Below, piece by piece: positions 51,406-62,796 of a stretch of 64,000 nt of DNA. Under the pieces are notes generated by a model. That model was not told the origin of the DNA. It did no database searches and worked only from the letters and a program-made list of their open reading frames with translations. Each line of letters starts with the position of its first letter. Position 1 is the first letter of the stretch. A program made the translations under genes and the position numbers. Source of the DNA: an uncultured Chloroflexia bacterium (GTDB lineage Bacteria; Chloroflexota; Chloroflexia; Thermomicrobiales; CFX8); assembly GCA_963709995.1 (NCBI GenBank), contig CAVPYN010000019.1, positions 127,109-191,108 of the forward strand. Reading direction: 5' to 3'.

Positions 51406-54372
51406 TTGTCCTGTCCCGATGTAGCATGCGACGATGACCTGGAAAGCGAAAGCGTCCGGCCAGTGGTCAATCCAACCGAACGAGCCAGCAATGCGGAAGA
51501 GCTGCTTGAGACGAAACTCTTCGTGCCACGATGGCAACCGGAGATGATCTCTCGTCCCCGGTTGGTGGAACTTCTCCGCTCCGGCGTCGAACAGAAACTG
51601 ACCCTGATTTCCGCGCCGGCCGGTTTTGGCAAGACCACACTGATCGCCGAATGGCTGTACGCCACCCGGTCCGAGGATCGCGCCACTGGTTGGGTATCGC
51701 TCGATCAGTCTGACAATGACCCAGGCGCCTTCTGGCGTTACGTTCTCGCGGCTCTCGCGAAAGTCGATGCCAACGTCGCAGAGCGTGCCAGGGCCATGCT
51801 CAACGCATCCGAATCCGATTATGACGAACCGATGCTGACCAGGTTAATCAATGACCTGGCCGCGTCTGAATCAACCATCCACCTTGTGCTTGACGACTTC
51901 CATGTGATTGAAGCCAGGCCTATCCATCAAGCCGTCGAATTTCTCGTCCTCAACCAGCCACCTCAACTTCATATCATCATAGCCAGCCGCTCCGATCCGC
52001 CGTTACCGCTTGTGCGGCTGCGGGGTCGTGGAGAGGTCTCAGAGATTCGAGCGGCCGACTTGCGCTTTGCCGCCAGTGAAGTCGATGCCTTCCTGAATGA
52101 TCTGATGAAGCTCCGGCTGTCCAGTGCCGATACAGCGATCCTCGAGTCGCGAACGGAAGGATGGATCGCTGGATTGCAACTCGCAGCGCTCTCGCTGCGC
52201 GGCCGCGAGGATGTCCATGAGTTCATACGAGAGTTCGCGGGCGACGATCGTTACATCGTGGACTATCTGGTTGAAGAGGTACTCCGCCGCCAACCGGCCC
52301 GGACGCAAAGATTCCTGCTCCAAACCTCGATCCTCGATAAACTCTGCGGTCCACTCTGTGACGCCGTCGTTGACGGCGAGGACAGCCAGTTCGATCTGGA
52401 GACGCTGGAGAGCGCCAATGTTTTCGTTGTTCCGCTTGATGGCAGAAGGCGGTGGTATCGCTACCATCATCTCTTCGCGGACGTGCTTCAAGCCCACGCT
52501 GTCCAGGAGCATGCCGAAGAGATCCCAGCCTGGCATTTGAAGGCAAGCGTCTGGTTCGAGAAAGCCGGATTGCCGGGCGACGCAATTCGTCACGCACTCG
52601 CAGCGTCCGATTACGCTCGCGCGGCCGAGTTGGTTGAGTTGGCCTGGCGTCCGATGGATAGAACGCGGCAAGCGCCAACATGGCTGACGTGGGCGAAGAA
52701 GCTGCCTCCGGAACACATCATTCTCCGGCCGGTTCTTAGCGCCGGATATGCCTGGGCGCTCCTGGAGGAAGGTTCCCTGGAGGCCGGCAATGCCTGGCTT
52801 GAGGTCGCCCAGGAGGGTTTGAATGACCTGGACATCCCGGTGGAATCCGTTCCTGACGCGAGCAAAGAAAGTCGCGTTGCGGACGCCGTGGAGTTCCAAC
52901 ACTTGCCAGCGACGATAGCAGCAGCTCGAGCGTTTCATGCCCTGGCCGTCAACGACGTGGTTGGCGCCGCAAAACATGCTCGATTGTCGCTCGATCTCCT
53001 TCCCAAAGAGGAACACTGGCGACGCTCCTCTCCCGGAGCGTTGCTCGCGCTCGCCTCCTGGACCAGGGGCGATCTCGACCAGGCTTCCCAATCTCTCGCC
53101 GGTGCCCTAGCCGGGGCGTATCTTCTCGACAATACTCGATTCATAATCAACGGAACGTACGTTCTCGGAGAAATCCTGCGGGGAGTCGGGCGCTTCGTTG
53201 ACGCGGAGCGCGGATACGATCAGGCGCTTCAGTCACCGGCAACTCAGACAGCAGAATGGGTCCCCAGCACGGCTGATCTGTACACTGGCCGGTCCGAACT
53301 GCACCTCATGCGAAACGAACTCGAAGCTGCCGGGGCCGATCTTCAACGCAGCAAAGATCTGGGGGAGGATGCGGGGCTGGCACATTGGCGCCATCGCTGG
53401 TTCGTGGCATGCGCGGGACTCCAGGAAGCCCGGGGAGACTTCCAATCGGCCCTGGAAATGCTCGATCTGGCAGCCCAGGAATATGCCAGGGGCCCCGTCC
53501 CAGACGTGCGGCCCATCGCCGCATACAGAATACGAATCCTCATCCGGATGGGCCGCACGATCGAGGCGGAAGACGCAGCTCGTGATCTGCGGTTGGCATC
53601 AACGCCCGATGCCAGCTATATGACGGAGTACGAAGGCCTGACTTTGGCGCGCCTGACCATAGCCCTACGTCGTAGTGGGAGATCCGATCTGGATCGGTCG
53701 GAGCTATCGCAGCTCCTGGATAGAGTTCTTGCCGCGGCAATTCAACAGCGCAGGATTACCAGCCAGATAGAAGTTCTAGCGCTTAGATCACTGGCCTCTG
53801 ACGCATTCGCTGAGGGCTCACCAGCCCTTGCTCCGCTGAAGCGGGCGCTGGAACTTGCAGAGCCACCCGGCTACACACGCGTGTTTCTCACGGAGGGACA
53901 GCCAATGCGTGACCTGCTACGCACTGCGCTAGCCACCGGAACATCCGTTTCTCTTCTTCCCCGGCTATTGGCTGCCTTCGACGAGTTACTCGATGCCGAG
54001 ACTCAGGTATCCCGTAGCGGCGCTGAGCAGTACGTTGAACCGCTGACCGAGCGGGAACGTGACGTGATGCGCCTGATCGCCGCCGGCATGCACAACCGGG
54101 AGATCGCCGACGAGTTGTTCATCTCCTTGTCGACCGTCAAGCGCCACATCGCCAATGCCTATGGGAAACTAGGCGCCAGCAACCGCACCGAAGCCGTCGC
54201 GCGCGCAATCGAACTAGACCTCCTTAATCCCCATTTCACGGCCGAATTCAGTGTTGCTCCTCCGACGGGCCGTACCTTCCCGAACCGTCGACTGACCACG
54301 ATCGCTGGCGGTTACCCACTAGCGCCGATCCGCCCTCGACAATCTACATCCCCCCTCTACACCCCCTCCTGA
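51406..54372 (+). CDS. MalT-like STAND ATPase/TPR/LuxR-HTH regulator (start and C-terminal tail uncertain)
   Basis: LLETKLFVP, APAGFGKTT, LVLDDFH, RTEGWIAGLQL, WYRYHHLF, LTERERDVMRL...TVKRHIANAYGKL. Confidence 0.92.
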   Translation: MSCPDVACDDDLESESVRPVVNPTERASNAEELLETKLFVPRWQPEMISRPRLVELLRSGVEQKLTLISAPAGFGKTTLIAEWLYATRSEDRATGWVSLDQSDNDPGAFWRYVLAALAKVDANVAERARAMLNASESDYDEPMLTRLINDLAASESTIHLVLDDFHVIEARPIHQAVEFLVLNQPPQLHIIIASRSDPPLPLVRLRGRGEVSEIRAADLRFAASEVDAFLNDLMKLRLSSADTAILESRTEGWIAGLQLAALSLRGREDVHEFIREFAGDDRYIVDYLVEEVLRRQPARTQRFLLQTSILDKLCGPLCDAVVDGEDSQFDLETLESANVFVVPLDGRRRWYRYHHLFADVLQAHAVQEHAEEIPAWHLKASVWFEKAGLPGDAIRHALAASDYARAAELVELAWRPMDRTRQAPTWLTWAKKLPPEHIILRPVLSAGYAWALLEEGSLEAGNAWLEVAQEGLNDLDIPVESVPDASKESRVADAVEFQHLPATIAAARAFHALAVNDVVGAAKHARLSLDLLPKEEHWRRSSPGALLALASWTRGDLDQASQSLAGALAGAYLLDNTRFIINGTYVLGEILRGVGRFVDAERGYDQALQSPATQTAEWVPSTADLYTGRSELHLMRNELEAAGADLQRSKDLGEDAGLAHWRHRWFVACAGLQEARGDFQSALEMLDLAAQEYARGPVPDVRPIAAYRIRILIRMGRTIEAEDAARDLRLASTPDASYMTEYEGLTLARLTIALRRSGRSDLDRSELSQLLDRVLAAAIQQRRITSQIEVLALRSLASDAFAEGSPALAPLKRALELAEPPGYTRVFLTEGQPMRDLLRTALATGTSVSLLPRLLAAFDELLDAETQVSRSGAEQYVEPLTERERDVMRLIAAGMHNREIADELFISLSTVKRHIANAYGKLGASNRTEAVARAIELDLLNPHFTAEFSVAPPTGRTFPNRRLTTIAGGYPLAPIRPRQSTSPLYTPS

Positions 54373-54454
54373 CCCCTCTGGCTGTTCTGGCCGCAGGGGA
54401 TCGTCGATAGATTCAAAGCATGACGACCGACGTCCGGGAAGCTAAGGCGGGGAG

Positions 54455-54709
54455 ATGAACGAGAACTACTGCATTCGGATTCGAGGACATCTCGACGATA
54501 GATGGGCCGAGTGGTTCGAGGGATTGTCGATCGTGCTTCAGGATGACGGCACGACGCTGCTGGTCGGGGAGATTGTCGATCAGGCGGCGCTGCATGGCGT
54601 CATCGCGCGTGTCCGCGACCTGGGACTGCCTCTCATATCCGTGAAGCAACACGGTGACTCGGATTCCCGCCGGATGGGAGGAGGTGGTAGATCGCCTGAC
54701 TCCGGCTGA
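54455..54709 (+). CDS. small conserved hypothetical protein (probable ACT/ferredoxin-like fold)
   Basis: YCIRIRGHLDDRWAEWFEGL...GTTLLVG..VDQAALHG...VRDLGLPLISV; SD GGGGAG. Confidence 0.8.
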   Translation: MNENYCIRIRGHLDDRWAEWFEGLSIVLQDDGTTLLVGEIVDQAALHGVIARVRDLGLPLISVKQHGDSDSRRMGGGGRSPDSG

Positions 54710-54795
54710 TGAGCAGGGGCGTCCGGTTCAACTCGATGCTCCGACCTAGGCCCACTGCATTCGAACTTAGAGCGCAAAACGGAAAGAAGTGTCCC

Positions 54796-55527
54796 ATGTC
54801 GAGCAAACCTATCAGCGCAGACCAGCGACGCGCCGCCAAGATCGCTGGAATTTCTTATCTCATCATTATCGTAGCTGGCGTTGTTGCCGAGTTTTTGATG
54901 AGGTCGAGCCTCATTGTACCCGGGGACGCGACAGCGACAATGGATAACATCCTTCAGTCGGAATCGCTCTTTCGATCGAGCATCGTCCTCGACCTGATCA
55001 TGATCGGCGCGGACATGATCGTCGCGGTCGCACTCTACGTGCTCCTTGGACCGGTCAACCGAAATCTTGCCCTCCTGGCAGCCTTTTTCAGACTGGTCAT
55101 GGATTCGATCCTGGGCGCGAACCTGCTCAATCTACTTATCGCATTGACCCTTGCTAGAGGCGATAACGGCGTTTCGAGGTTAGATTCAGAACAGGTCAAC
55201 GCGCTTGCTATGACGTTCATAGACGCCCACGCTCTTGGGTACAGCATCGCACTGGTACCGTTCGGATTCGCGACGCTCATCGTCGGCTACCTGATCTACA
55301 CGTCGAACTACGTTCCACGCGTCGTGGCGGTCATCTTGGTGCTCGCAGGGCTGACTTACCTCAGCGGATCAACAATCCATATCCTGTCGCCGCGCCTTGA
55401 GGAAACGTTCGCTTACGCGTATCTCCTTCCACTTGTTGCGGAAACTTCGCTCGCTCTCTGGCTCTCGATCAGAGGACCCGGCCCGCGTATTCAGCAGCGC
55501 AAACCAGTCCCGGCCCTCGCGACCTGA
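54796..55527 (+). CDS. DUF4386-family membrane protein
   Basis: AAKIAGISYLIII, IVPGDATATMDNI, LYVLLGPVN, YVPR, ETSLALWL; about 6 TMs; ATG 54796 preferred. Confidence 0.78.
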   Translation: MSSKPISADQRRAAKIAGISYLIIIVAGVVAEFLMRSSLIVPGDATATMDNILQSESLFRSSIVLDLIMIGADMIVAVALYVLLGPVNRNLALLAAFFRLVMDSILGANLLNLLIALTLARGDNGVSRLDSEQVNALAMTFIDAHALGYSIALVPFGFATLIVGYLIYTSNYVPRVVAVILVLAGLTYLSGSTIHILSPRLEETFAYAYLLPLVAETSLALWLSIRGPGPRIQQRKPVPALAT

Positions 55528-55560
55528 GTCGAATTCGATTCCTAGAGAAGGAGCATCCCG

Positions 55561-56895
55561 ATGTTGAAACGAGTGAAGCATCTCCCGGCACGAACTGTGT
55601 CTCTGTTTGTCTCGATACTGGCGCTGCTGATCGTCACAATCTTTGTCAGCGCCTGTCAGAACGCCTGGGAAACGCCGCAATCGGAAAGTGGAGCGACTGA
55701 TATGGCTACAGCCACCATCCATCTGACGACAGCGACACCCGACGAACGGCGACCCGACGCGCCCGCGTACGCATTGCCAGGGGACTTCGCCGTCGGCTAT
55801 CGCGCGTTCGAGAGTGTCGACGAAACCAGACGGACGCTGGACGTTCACGCCTGGTATCCGGCACGCGCCAATACCGGGGCCACAGAGCGTGCGACCTATA
55901 AGGTGGTGTTCAAAGACACAACCTGGCAGCCTTCTTCAGATCCGCTCGTGTTGGGGACCGCATTGGAGGACGGGGTTCCGAATGGCGACCACGGACCCTA
56001 TCCGCTGATTGTCCTGTCGCATAGTTTTACTGGCAGCGCGGCTGGATACAGCTCCCTTGCCGAACACTATTCGTCCCACGGATTCGTCGTCCTTGCGCCC
56101 GAACACGATGAACTATTCGATGAATCACTGAGCGACCTTTGGAAGGCCTTGATCGACCGCCCCGCCGATGTGACCCAGACGCTCGACTTCGCTGAGGAGC
56201 TCACGGGATCCCGCGGGGCGCTAGCGGACATGATCGACATGGAGCGCGTGGCGGTCGTCGGACACTCGTATGGTGGTTACACGGCACTCGCGGTAGCCGG
56301 GGCGCGCATTGACATGAACGCTTTCCACGAGCGTTGCCAGCAAATTCCGGAAGATCATCCATCAGCATTTATCTGTGGAGCGATCCTTCCGAATGAAGAT
56401 GCGATGGCTATTCGGACCGGCGTCGATCCAGATTCCAGCGACCTGTGGCCGTCCTTCGGTGACCGGAGGGTAAGGGCGATCGTTCCGATGGCCGGCGACG
56501 CCTACCTATTCGACGGCGAAGGTCTGTCCGATGTGAAGATTCCGATGATGGCGATGGGCGGCACGGCTGACTTCGGGACACCCTACGACTGGGGAGCGCA
56601 GCTGGCCTACGAGGGCGCGGCGAGCGACCGGAAGGCGCTCGTGGGCCTGATCGGCGCGGAGCATATGATCTTCGCAACGCCCTGCAAATACCAGCCCTGG
56701 ATGAAGGAGCACCCCGCCCACGGCTACTTCTGCTTCGACCCGGTTTGGGACATCGAACGAGCGCAAGATCTCATTCACCATCTCTCTACCGCGTTCCTGC
56801 TGGATGTCCTTAAGGATGATCCGGCAGCACGCGCCGCGATCGCGCCGCAAGCTGTGCAGTTTCCCGGCATCGAGTACGAGACAACAATCCGGTAG
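55561..56895 (+). CDS. alpha/beta hydrolase (PAF-acetylhydrolase/dienelactone hydrolase-like), probable lipoprotein
   Basis: Signal peptide ending VSAC; WYPA, PLIVLSHS, GHSYGG nucleophile elbow, GGTAD, GAEH. Confidence 0.82.
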   Translation: MLKRVKHLPARTVSLFVSILALLIVTIFVSACQNAWETPQSESGATDMATATIHLTTATPDERRPDAPAYALPGDFAVGYRAFESVDETRRTLDVHAWYPARANTGATERATYKVVFKDTTWQPSSDPLVLGTALEDGVPNGDHGPYPLIVLSHSFTGSAAGYSSLAEHYSSHGFVVLAPEHDELFDESLSDLWKALIDRPADVTQTLDFAEELTGSRGALADMIDMERVAVVGHSYGGYTALAVAGARIDMNAFHERCQQIPEDHPSAFICGAILPNEDAMAIRTGVDPDSSDLWPSFGDRRVRAIVPMAGDAYLFDGEGLSDVKIPMMAMGGTADFGTPYDWGAQLAYEGAASDRKALVGLIGAEHMIFATPCKYQPWMKEHPAHGYFCFDPVWDIERAQDLIHHLSTAFLLDVLKDDPAARAAIAPQAVQFPGIEYETTIR

Positions 56896-56938
56896 CTCCA
56901 GGCTTGCGTGCCCGTAAGGCGAGTCCGTCCCAAGAAAG

Positions 56939-56981
56939 GAGCCCATGTAACCGCGTGGTAGATACTCGGTTACATGGGCTC
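56939..56981. terminator. hairpin between convergent hydrolase and icd
   Basis: GAGCCCATGTAACCG-N13-CGGTTACATGGGCTC, 15-bp perfect stem. Confidence 0.75.
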
Positions 56982-57071
56982 TCTGTCTCTACTTCACCCT
57001 CGCATGAGGTTGAGGCGCTCACCGGGGAGTGCTACGTGCTCGCCGGGTGGTGACGCGAGCCAGTGTCGCGC

Positions 57072-58154
57072 CTACATCTGGACCCGCTCGATAATCGCGT
57101 CAGCCATCCCGGACGTACCGGCAGCCTTTGCTGGGTCGCGATCCTGGCGCAGGTCGTAGGTAACGTCCTTGCCCTCGGCGATGACCGCCGCTACAGCATC
57201 TTCCACGCGACGTGCGACGTCCTGTTCACCGATATGGCGTAACATCATCACACCGGTAAGGATCATCGCGGTCGGGTTGGCTTCGTTCTTGCCAGCATGG
57301 GAAGGAGCGCTGCCGTGAATCGCCTCGAAGACGGCGGCTTCGGCGCCAATATTTGCTCCCGGGGCCACACCGAGCCCGCCGATCATCCCTGAGGTCAGAT
57401 CGCTGACCACGTCGCCATAGAGGTTCGGCATCACCAAAACGTCGTATGCCTCGGGCCGCTGCATGAGTTGCATGCACATGTTGTCGATAATGCGATCGTT
57501 GAACTCGATTTCGGGGTACTCTTTCGCGACCTCTTGAGCAACATGCAGGAAGAGTCCGTCGCTGAATTTCATGATGTTCGCTTTGTGAACGGCGGTCACG
57601 AATTTGCGTCCATTTTGCTTTGCATATTCAAAGGCAAATCGAACGATCCGCTCGGAGTTCTCCGGCGTGATCGACTTTATCGAGATCGCGGCGGTTTCCG
57701 ACACCGGCCGGGCGGCATATTGATTGATCTTGGCGATGACATCTTTCGCTTCGTCGGTGCCGGTGTCGAATTCAACACCAGCGTAGAGATCTTCCATGTT
57801 CTCCCGGACGATCACCAGATCGACGTGGTCGAAGTACGATCGCACCCCTTGGAAGGTGCGTGATGGACGAAGATTCGCGTACAAATCCAGTGACTGGCGC
57901 AGAGCAACGTTGATGCTGCGGAATCCTGACCCGATGGGAGTTGTCAGAGGTCCTTTGAGCGCGACCGTGTTTGCCTTGATAGACTCCAGTACCTCGTCCG
58001 GCAGCAGATCGCCCTTTTCTTCGAGTGCGGTCAGGCCGGCGATTTGAACGTCCCACTCGAACTCAATTCCAGTGGAATCGAGCACGCGACGGGTGGCCTC
58101 GGAGACCTCGGGACCGATGCCGTCACCGGGTATCAATGTGATCTTGTATGCCAT
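57072..58154 (-). CDS. icd: isocitrate/isopropylmalate dehydrogenase family, probably NAD-dependent isocitrate dehydrogenase
   Basis: IPGDGIGPEV, KGPLTTPIGSGFRSINVALR, VHKANIMK, NLYGD, FEAIHGSAP; ATG 58154 with SD GGAG. Confidence 0.8.
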   Translation of the reverse strand: MAYKITLIPGDGIGPEVSEATRRVLDSTGIEFEWDVQIAGLTALEEKGDLLPDEVLESIKANTVALKGPLTTPIGSGFRSINVALRQSLDLYANLRPSRTFQGVRSYFDHVDLVIVRENMEDLYAGVEFDTGTDEAKDVIAKINQYAARPVSETAAISIKSITPENSERIVRFAFEYAKQNGRKFVTAVHKANIMKFSDGLFLHVAQEVAKEYPEIEFNDRIIDNMCMQLMQRPEAYDVLVMPNLYGDVVSDLTSGMIGGLGVAPGANIGAEAAVFEAIHGSAPSHAGKNEANPTAMILTGVMMLRHIGEQDVARRVEDAVAAVIAEGKDVTYDLRQDRDPAKAAGTSGMADAIIERVQM

Positions 58155-58248
58155 GCTCTCCACCTTCTTGTTCATGCCAGCCACCGGCGGATTCTAGGGA
58201 CGCGACGTCAATTGTGTCAACTGACGAACCTGCACGTACAATCGAACC

Positions 58249-59418
58249 ATGATGAGTAGCCGTCAATTTGCCGACCGATATCGTTCGATGGCTGGACCAC
58301 AGCAAGCTGCCGCCGGCCCGCCGCCGTTGCAGGACGAATGGCCGCTTCCGCCTGGCGGCGAGGTGATCCTGGACGGCGCTGGTCCGGTTGCAATGTTTGA
58401 CCGGTTGTACTCGGGACATGAGATTCAGCGGGCACGCGAGCTGATCGGTGGTTCCGGGCACGGGCGGCCGGAAGCGCAAGTGTATATCGACACTGAGACC
58501 ACCGGGCTCTCAGGGGGCACTGGCACGTACGCATTCCTGGTTGGTTTGGGCTGGTTCGAAGCGAGCGGCTTTCGCGTCCGACAATACTTCATGCGCCATC
58601 CAGGGGAGGAGCCAGCCCTTCTTTCGCGCGTCTCCCACCACATCGATCAATTCGATGGCATCGTTACCTTCAATGGCCGTGCGTTCGATCTACCCTTGAT
58701 CGAAACACGATTTCGCATGCATCGCCGGGACTTCGTCGCCCCGCAGGACCATCTTGACTTGCTGCACCCGGCTCGCTCGGTCTGGAAACATCGCCTGGCG
58801 AGTTGTTCATTGGGATCGCTCGAACGGGCAATCCTGGGTGTCGTCCGGGAGAACGATGCGCCAGGCTGGCTGATTCCCAGCATCTACTTCGCGTATCTGC
58901 GAGATCGTGACACCCGCGACCTGATTCCGGTCATCGAACATAACCGTTTCGATATCGTCTCGCTGGCGCGGTTGACCGGGATTGTCGAAGCCCATCTGGC
59001 GGGGCTGCCAATCGACGCCCATCCTTCGGATCGGCTGGCAGCCCATCTGGCAAGGATGCGGCGTGGGAATGCGGTCCAGATCGAGGAATTGCTCGAGAAC
59101 TGGCACCACCCTGAAGCGCCATCCGCGCTCCGTCTGATGATCTTGACTGAGTTGACGGTTCAAATGAAACGCGCGGGACGACTCGAAGACATGGTCGATC
59201 CCCTGTCGGAAGCGCTTCACGACCAGCATCGCGATATCCGAATGTACGCAGCGGAAGAGTTGGCGAAGTACCACGAGCACACGCGTCGCGACTTCCCCGC
59301 CGCGTTACGGATCTCGGTCCATGCAAGGGACGCCGCTGCGCTTGCTCGAGATTCAACTCGTTTTGCGGCATTTGACCACCGAGTCCAGCGGTTGGAACGA
59401 AAGGTTCGACAACTATGA
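58249..59418 (+). CDS. YprB/MrfB-like RNase H-fold (DEDD) exonuclease with helical C-terminus
   Basis: YIDTETTGLSGG, TFNGRAFDLP, HLDLLH, LGSLE, HNRFDIVSL. Confidence 0.85.
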   Translation: MMSSRQFADRYRSMAGPQQAAAGPPPLQDEWPLPPGGEVILDGAGPVAMFDRLYSGHEIQRARELIGGSGHGRPEAQVYIDTETTGLSGGTGTYAFLVGLGWFEASGFRVRQYFMRHPGEEPALLSRVSHHIDQFDGIVTFNGRAFDLPLIETRFRMHRRDFVAPQDHLDLLHPARSVWKHRLASCSLGSLERAILGVVRENDAPGWLIPSIYFAYLRDRDTRDLIPVIEHNRFDIVSLARLTGIVEAHLAGLPIDAHPSDRLAAHLARMRRGNAVQIEELLENWHHPEAPSALRLMILTELTVQMKRAGRLEDMVDPLSEALHDQHRDIRMYAAEELAKYHEHTRRDFPAALRISVHARDAAALARDSTRFAAFDHRVQRLERKVRQL

Positions 59419-60974
59419 ATCACCAGCGGCTGGTAGACGGCCCGATCGTCCTGATCATTCTGGACGGTTGGGGGCTGGCGAATCCTTCGCCCGGCAACGC
59501 GGTGGAGCTTGCCAAGACACCTGTGTTCGACCGGCTCTGGCACGACTGCCCGCACACAACTCTCAAGACGAGCGGCATAGACGTTGGACTTCGGGATGGA
59601 CAGATCGGAAACTCCGAGGTTGGCCATTTGAACATTGGAGCGGGTTTCATTGTGAACCAGGCGATTCGCCAGATCGATGTCACGATCGAGGATGGGACGT
59701 TCCTCAGCAATCCAGCGCTCCTGGCGGCCATGCGGGACGCCCGGGAACGAGGACGTCCGGTTCACATTATGGGGCTGCTATCTGACGCGGGAGTGCACGC
59801 GCACACCGATCATCTCCTGGCACTACTGGAACTTGCTCGACTGGAGAAACTGCCGGATGTCGCGGTGCACGCGTTCCTGGATGGACGGGACACTTCGCCT
59901 ACCAGCGGTGCTGACTATCTTGCTGAGCTAATCGCAGCCTGCGATTCCAAGGGCATTGGACGGATTGCGTCGATCATTGGCCGCTACTACGCGATGGATC
60001 GTGACAATCGCTGGGAGCGCATTCGGCTGGCCTTCGATCTCCTCGTCCATGGCGTAGGCGAGCGGACAAGAAACCCTGATATGGCGGTGCGGGAACACTA
60101 CCAGCACGGCACCACCGACGAATTCATGCCGGCGATCGTCGTGGAGCATGGTGACGGGCGAACGACGACGATTGAGGAAGGAGATAGCGTCGTCTTCCTC
60201 AATTATCGGGCAGACCGCGCGCGTCAGATCACCCAGGCGCTGGTTGGCCCCGATGTCGCAGGCGAGGATTTCAGTGACAGGCCTGGAAATCTCGTATATG
60301 TTGGGATGATGCCGTACGCGCCCTATCTAAACATCCAGGCGGCATTCGAACCGGTATCGGTGGTGAATCCGCTTGCCAGGATCGTGTCAGAAGCCGGACT
60401 CAGGCAGTTCCATACTGCTGAGACCGAGAAATATGCCCACGTCACCTACTTCATCAATGGCGGGCGTGAAGAGGCTTTCCCAGGCGAGGTGCGCGAAATG
60501 GCGCAGTCGCCGAAAGTCGCGACGTATGACTTGCAGCCCGAAATGAGCGCATCGAAAGTGGCGGATGCCGCGGTGCGGGCGATCGCGGACGACGGTTTCG
60601 AAATAGTTATCTTGAACTTCGCCAATCCGGATATGGTTGGGCATACCGGAGTCATTGAAGCGGCCGTCGTCGCCTGCGAAACGGTGGACCGGGCACTGAG
60701 TCGGATCATCGACGCCGTGCGCTTCCGGTCAGGCGCCGCGTTGATCATTGCCGACCACGGCAACGCGGAGCAAATGCTCGTTCCCGGCACCTCGTCGCCG
60801 ATGACGGCACATACGACGAACCTGGTGCCCTGCATACTCGTTGGCGACTCGTTCAGTAGCGCATCTCTTCGTGATGGCGGGCGTTTGGCGGATGTCGCCC
60901 CAACCTTGCTGGAGATGCTTGGGCTGCAACCATCCGCGGAGATGACAGGTCAATCGTTGATCGTGTCCGGTTGA
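59415..60974 (+). CDS. gpmI: 2,3-bisphosphoglycerate-independent phosphoglycerate mutase
   Basis: LIILDGWG, GNSEVGH, DGRDT, GRYYAMDRD, AETEKYAHVT, NPDMVGHTG, ADHGN. Confidence 0.96.
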   Translation: MNHQRLVDGPIVLIILDGWGLANPSPGNAVELAKTPVFDRLWHDCPHTTLKTSGIDVGLRDGQIGNSEVGHLNIGAGFIVNQAIRQIDVTIEDGTFLSNPALLAAMRDARERGRPVHIMGLLSDAGVHAHTDHLLALLELARLEKLPDVAVHAFLDGRDTSPTSGADYLAELIAACDSKGIGRIASIIGRYYAMDRDNRWERIRLAFDLLVHGVGERTRNPDMAVREHYQHGTTDEFMPAIVVEHGDGRTTTIEEGDSVVFLNYRADRARQITQALVGPDVAGEDFSDRPGNLVYVGMMPYAPYLNIQAAFEPVSVVNPLARIVSEAGLRQFHTAETEKYAHVTYFINGGREEAFPGEVREMAQSPKVATYDLQPEMSASKVADAAVRAIADDGFEIVILNFANPDMVGHTGVIEAAVVACETVDRALSRIIDAVRFRSGAALIIADHGNAEQMLVPGTSSPMTAHTTNLVPCILVGDSFSSASLRDGGRLADVAPTLLEMLGLQPSAEMTGQSLIVSG

Positions 60975-61114
60975 CCTGGCATTTCGGGCACCTCATTCCG
61001 CCGGACCCATTTCGTTATGAGATCGGAGCCACTGCGCTGGCATCTGGCTCATGTTCGTTAGGCCGCCACCGATCGCCCTCGGGTCAAGACCTGAGCGATC
61101 TCTCTGTGTGATGA

Positions 61115-62428
<1,314 letters not shown>

Positions 62429-62484
62429 TCATTCTGGCGCGGTCGACCGTGCGACCAGCCTTGCTATACTCCTGTCAATAATAG

Positions 62485-62763
62485 AACGGCGACGATGGAG
62501 ACAGGCTGGTTTTCTCGTCACGCCCAGAGAAGAGCGGCACGTCGCTGGAAGCCGCTCCGCTGGCAGACCAGATATTCACTCTTGAGCCGTCCGGTGAACG
62601 ACAGTAGTAGCCGCGTCCGGGAGCTTCCCGTTATCGAAGCGATTGCCTGCACATCAGCTAGCTGACGGTGATTGCAGGCAGATCGAGTGCGGTTGGGGAA
62701 GTCCCGGCCGAATCAGGGTGGTAACGCGTGGCGCCCCTCGTCCCTGAACGAGGGGCGTTTTTC
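62485..62763 (+). promoter_or_regulatory. T-box riboswitch (Phe specifier) upstream of pheST
   Basis: Stem I with AGAGA and GCTGGAA motifs; specifier TTC at 62575-62577; T-box AATCAGGGTGGTAACGCG 62711-62728; terminator CGCCCCTCGT/ACGAGGGGCG plus T-run; extended -10 TGCTATACT. Confidence 0.9.
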
Positions 62764-62796
62764 ATTGATCGTTGAGGAGTCAGGGAGGCATCAACC

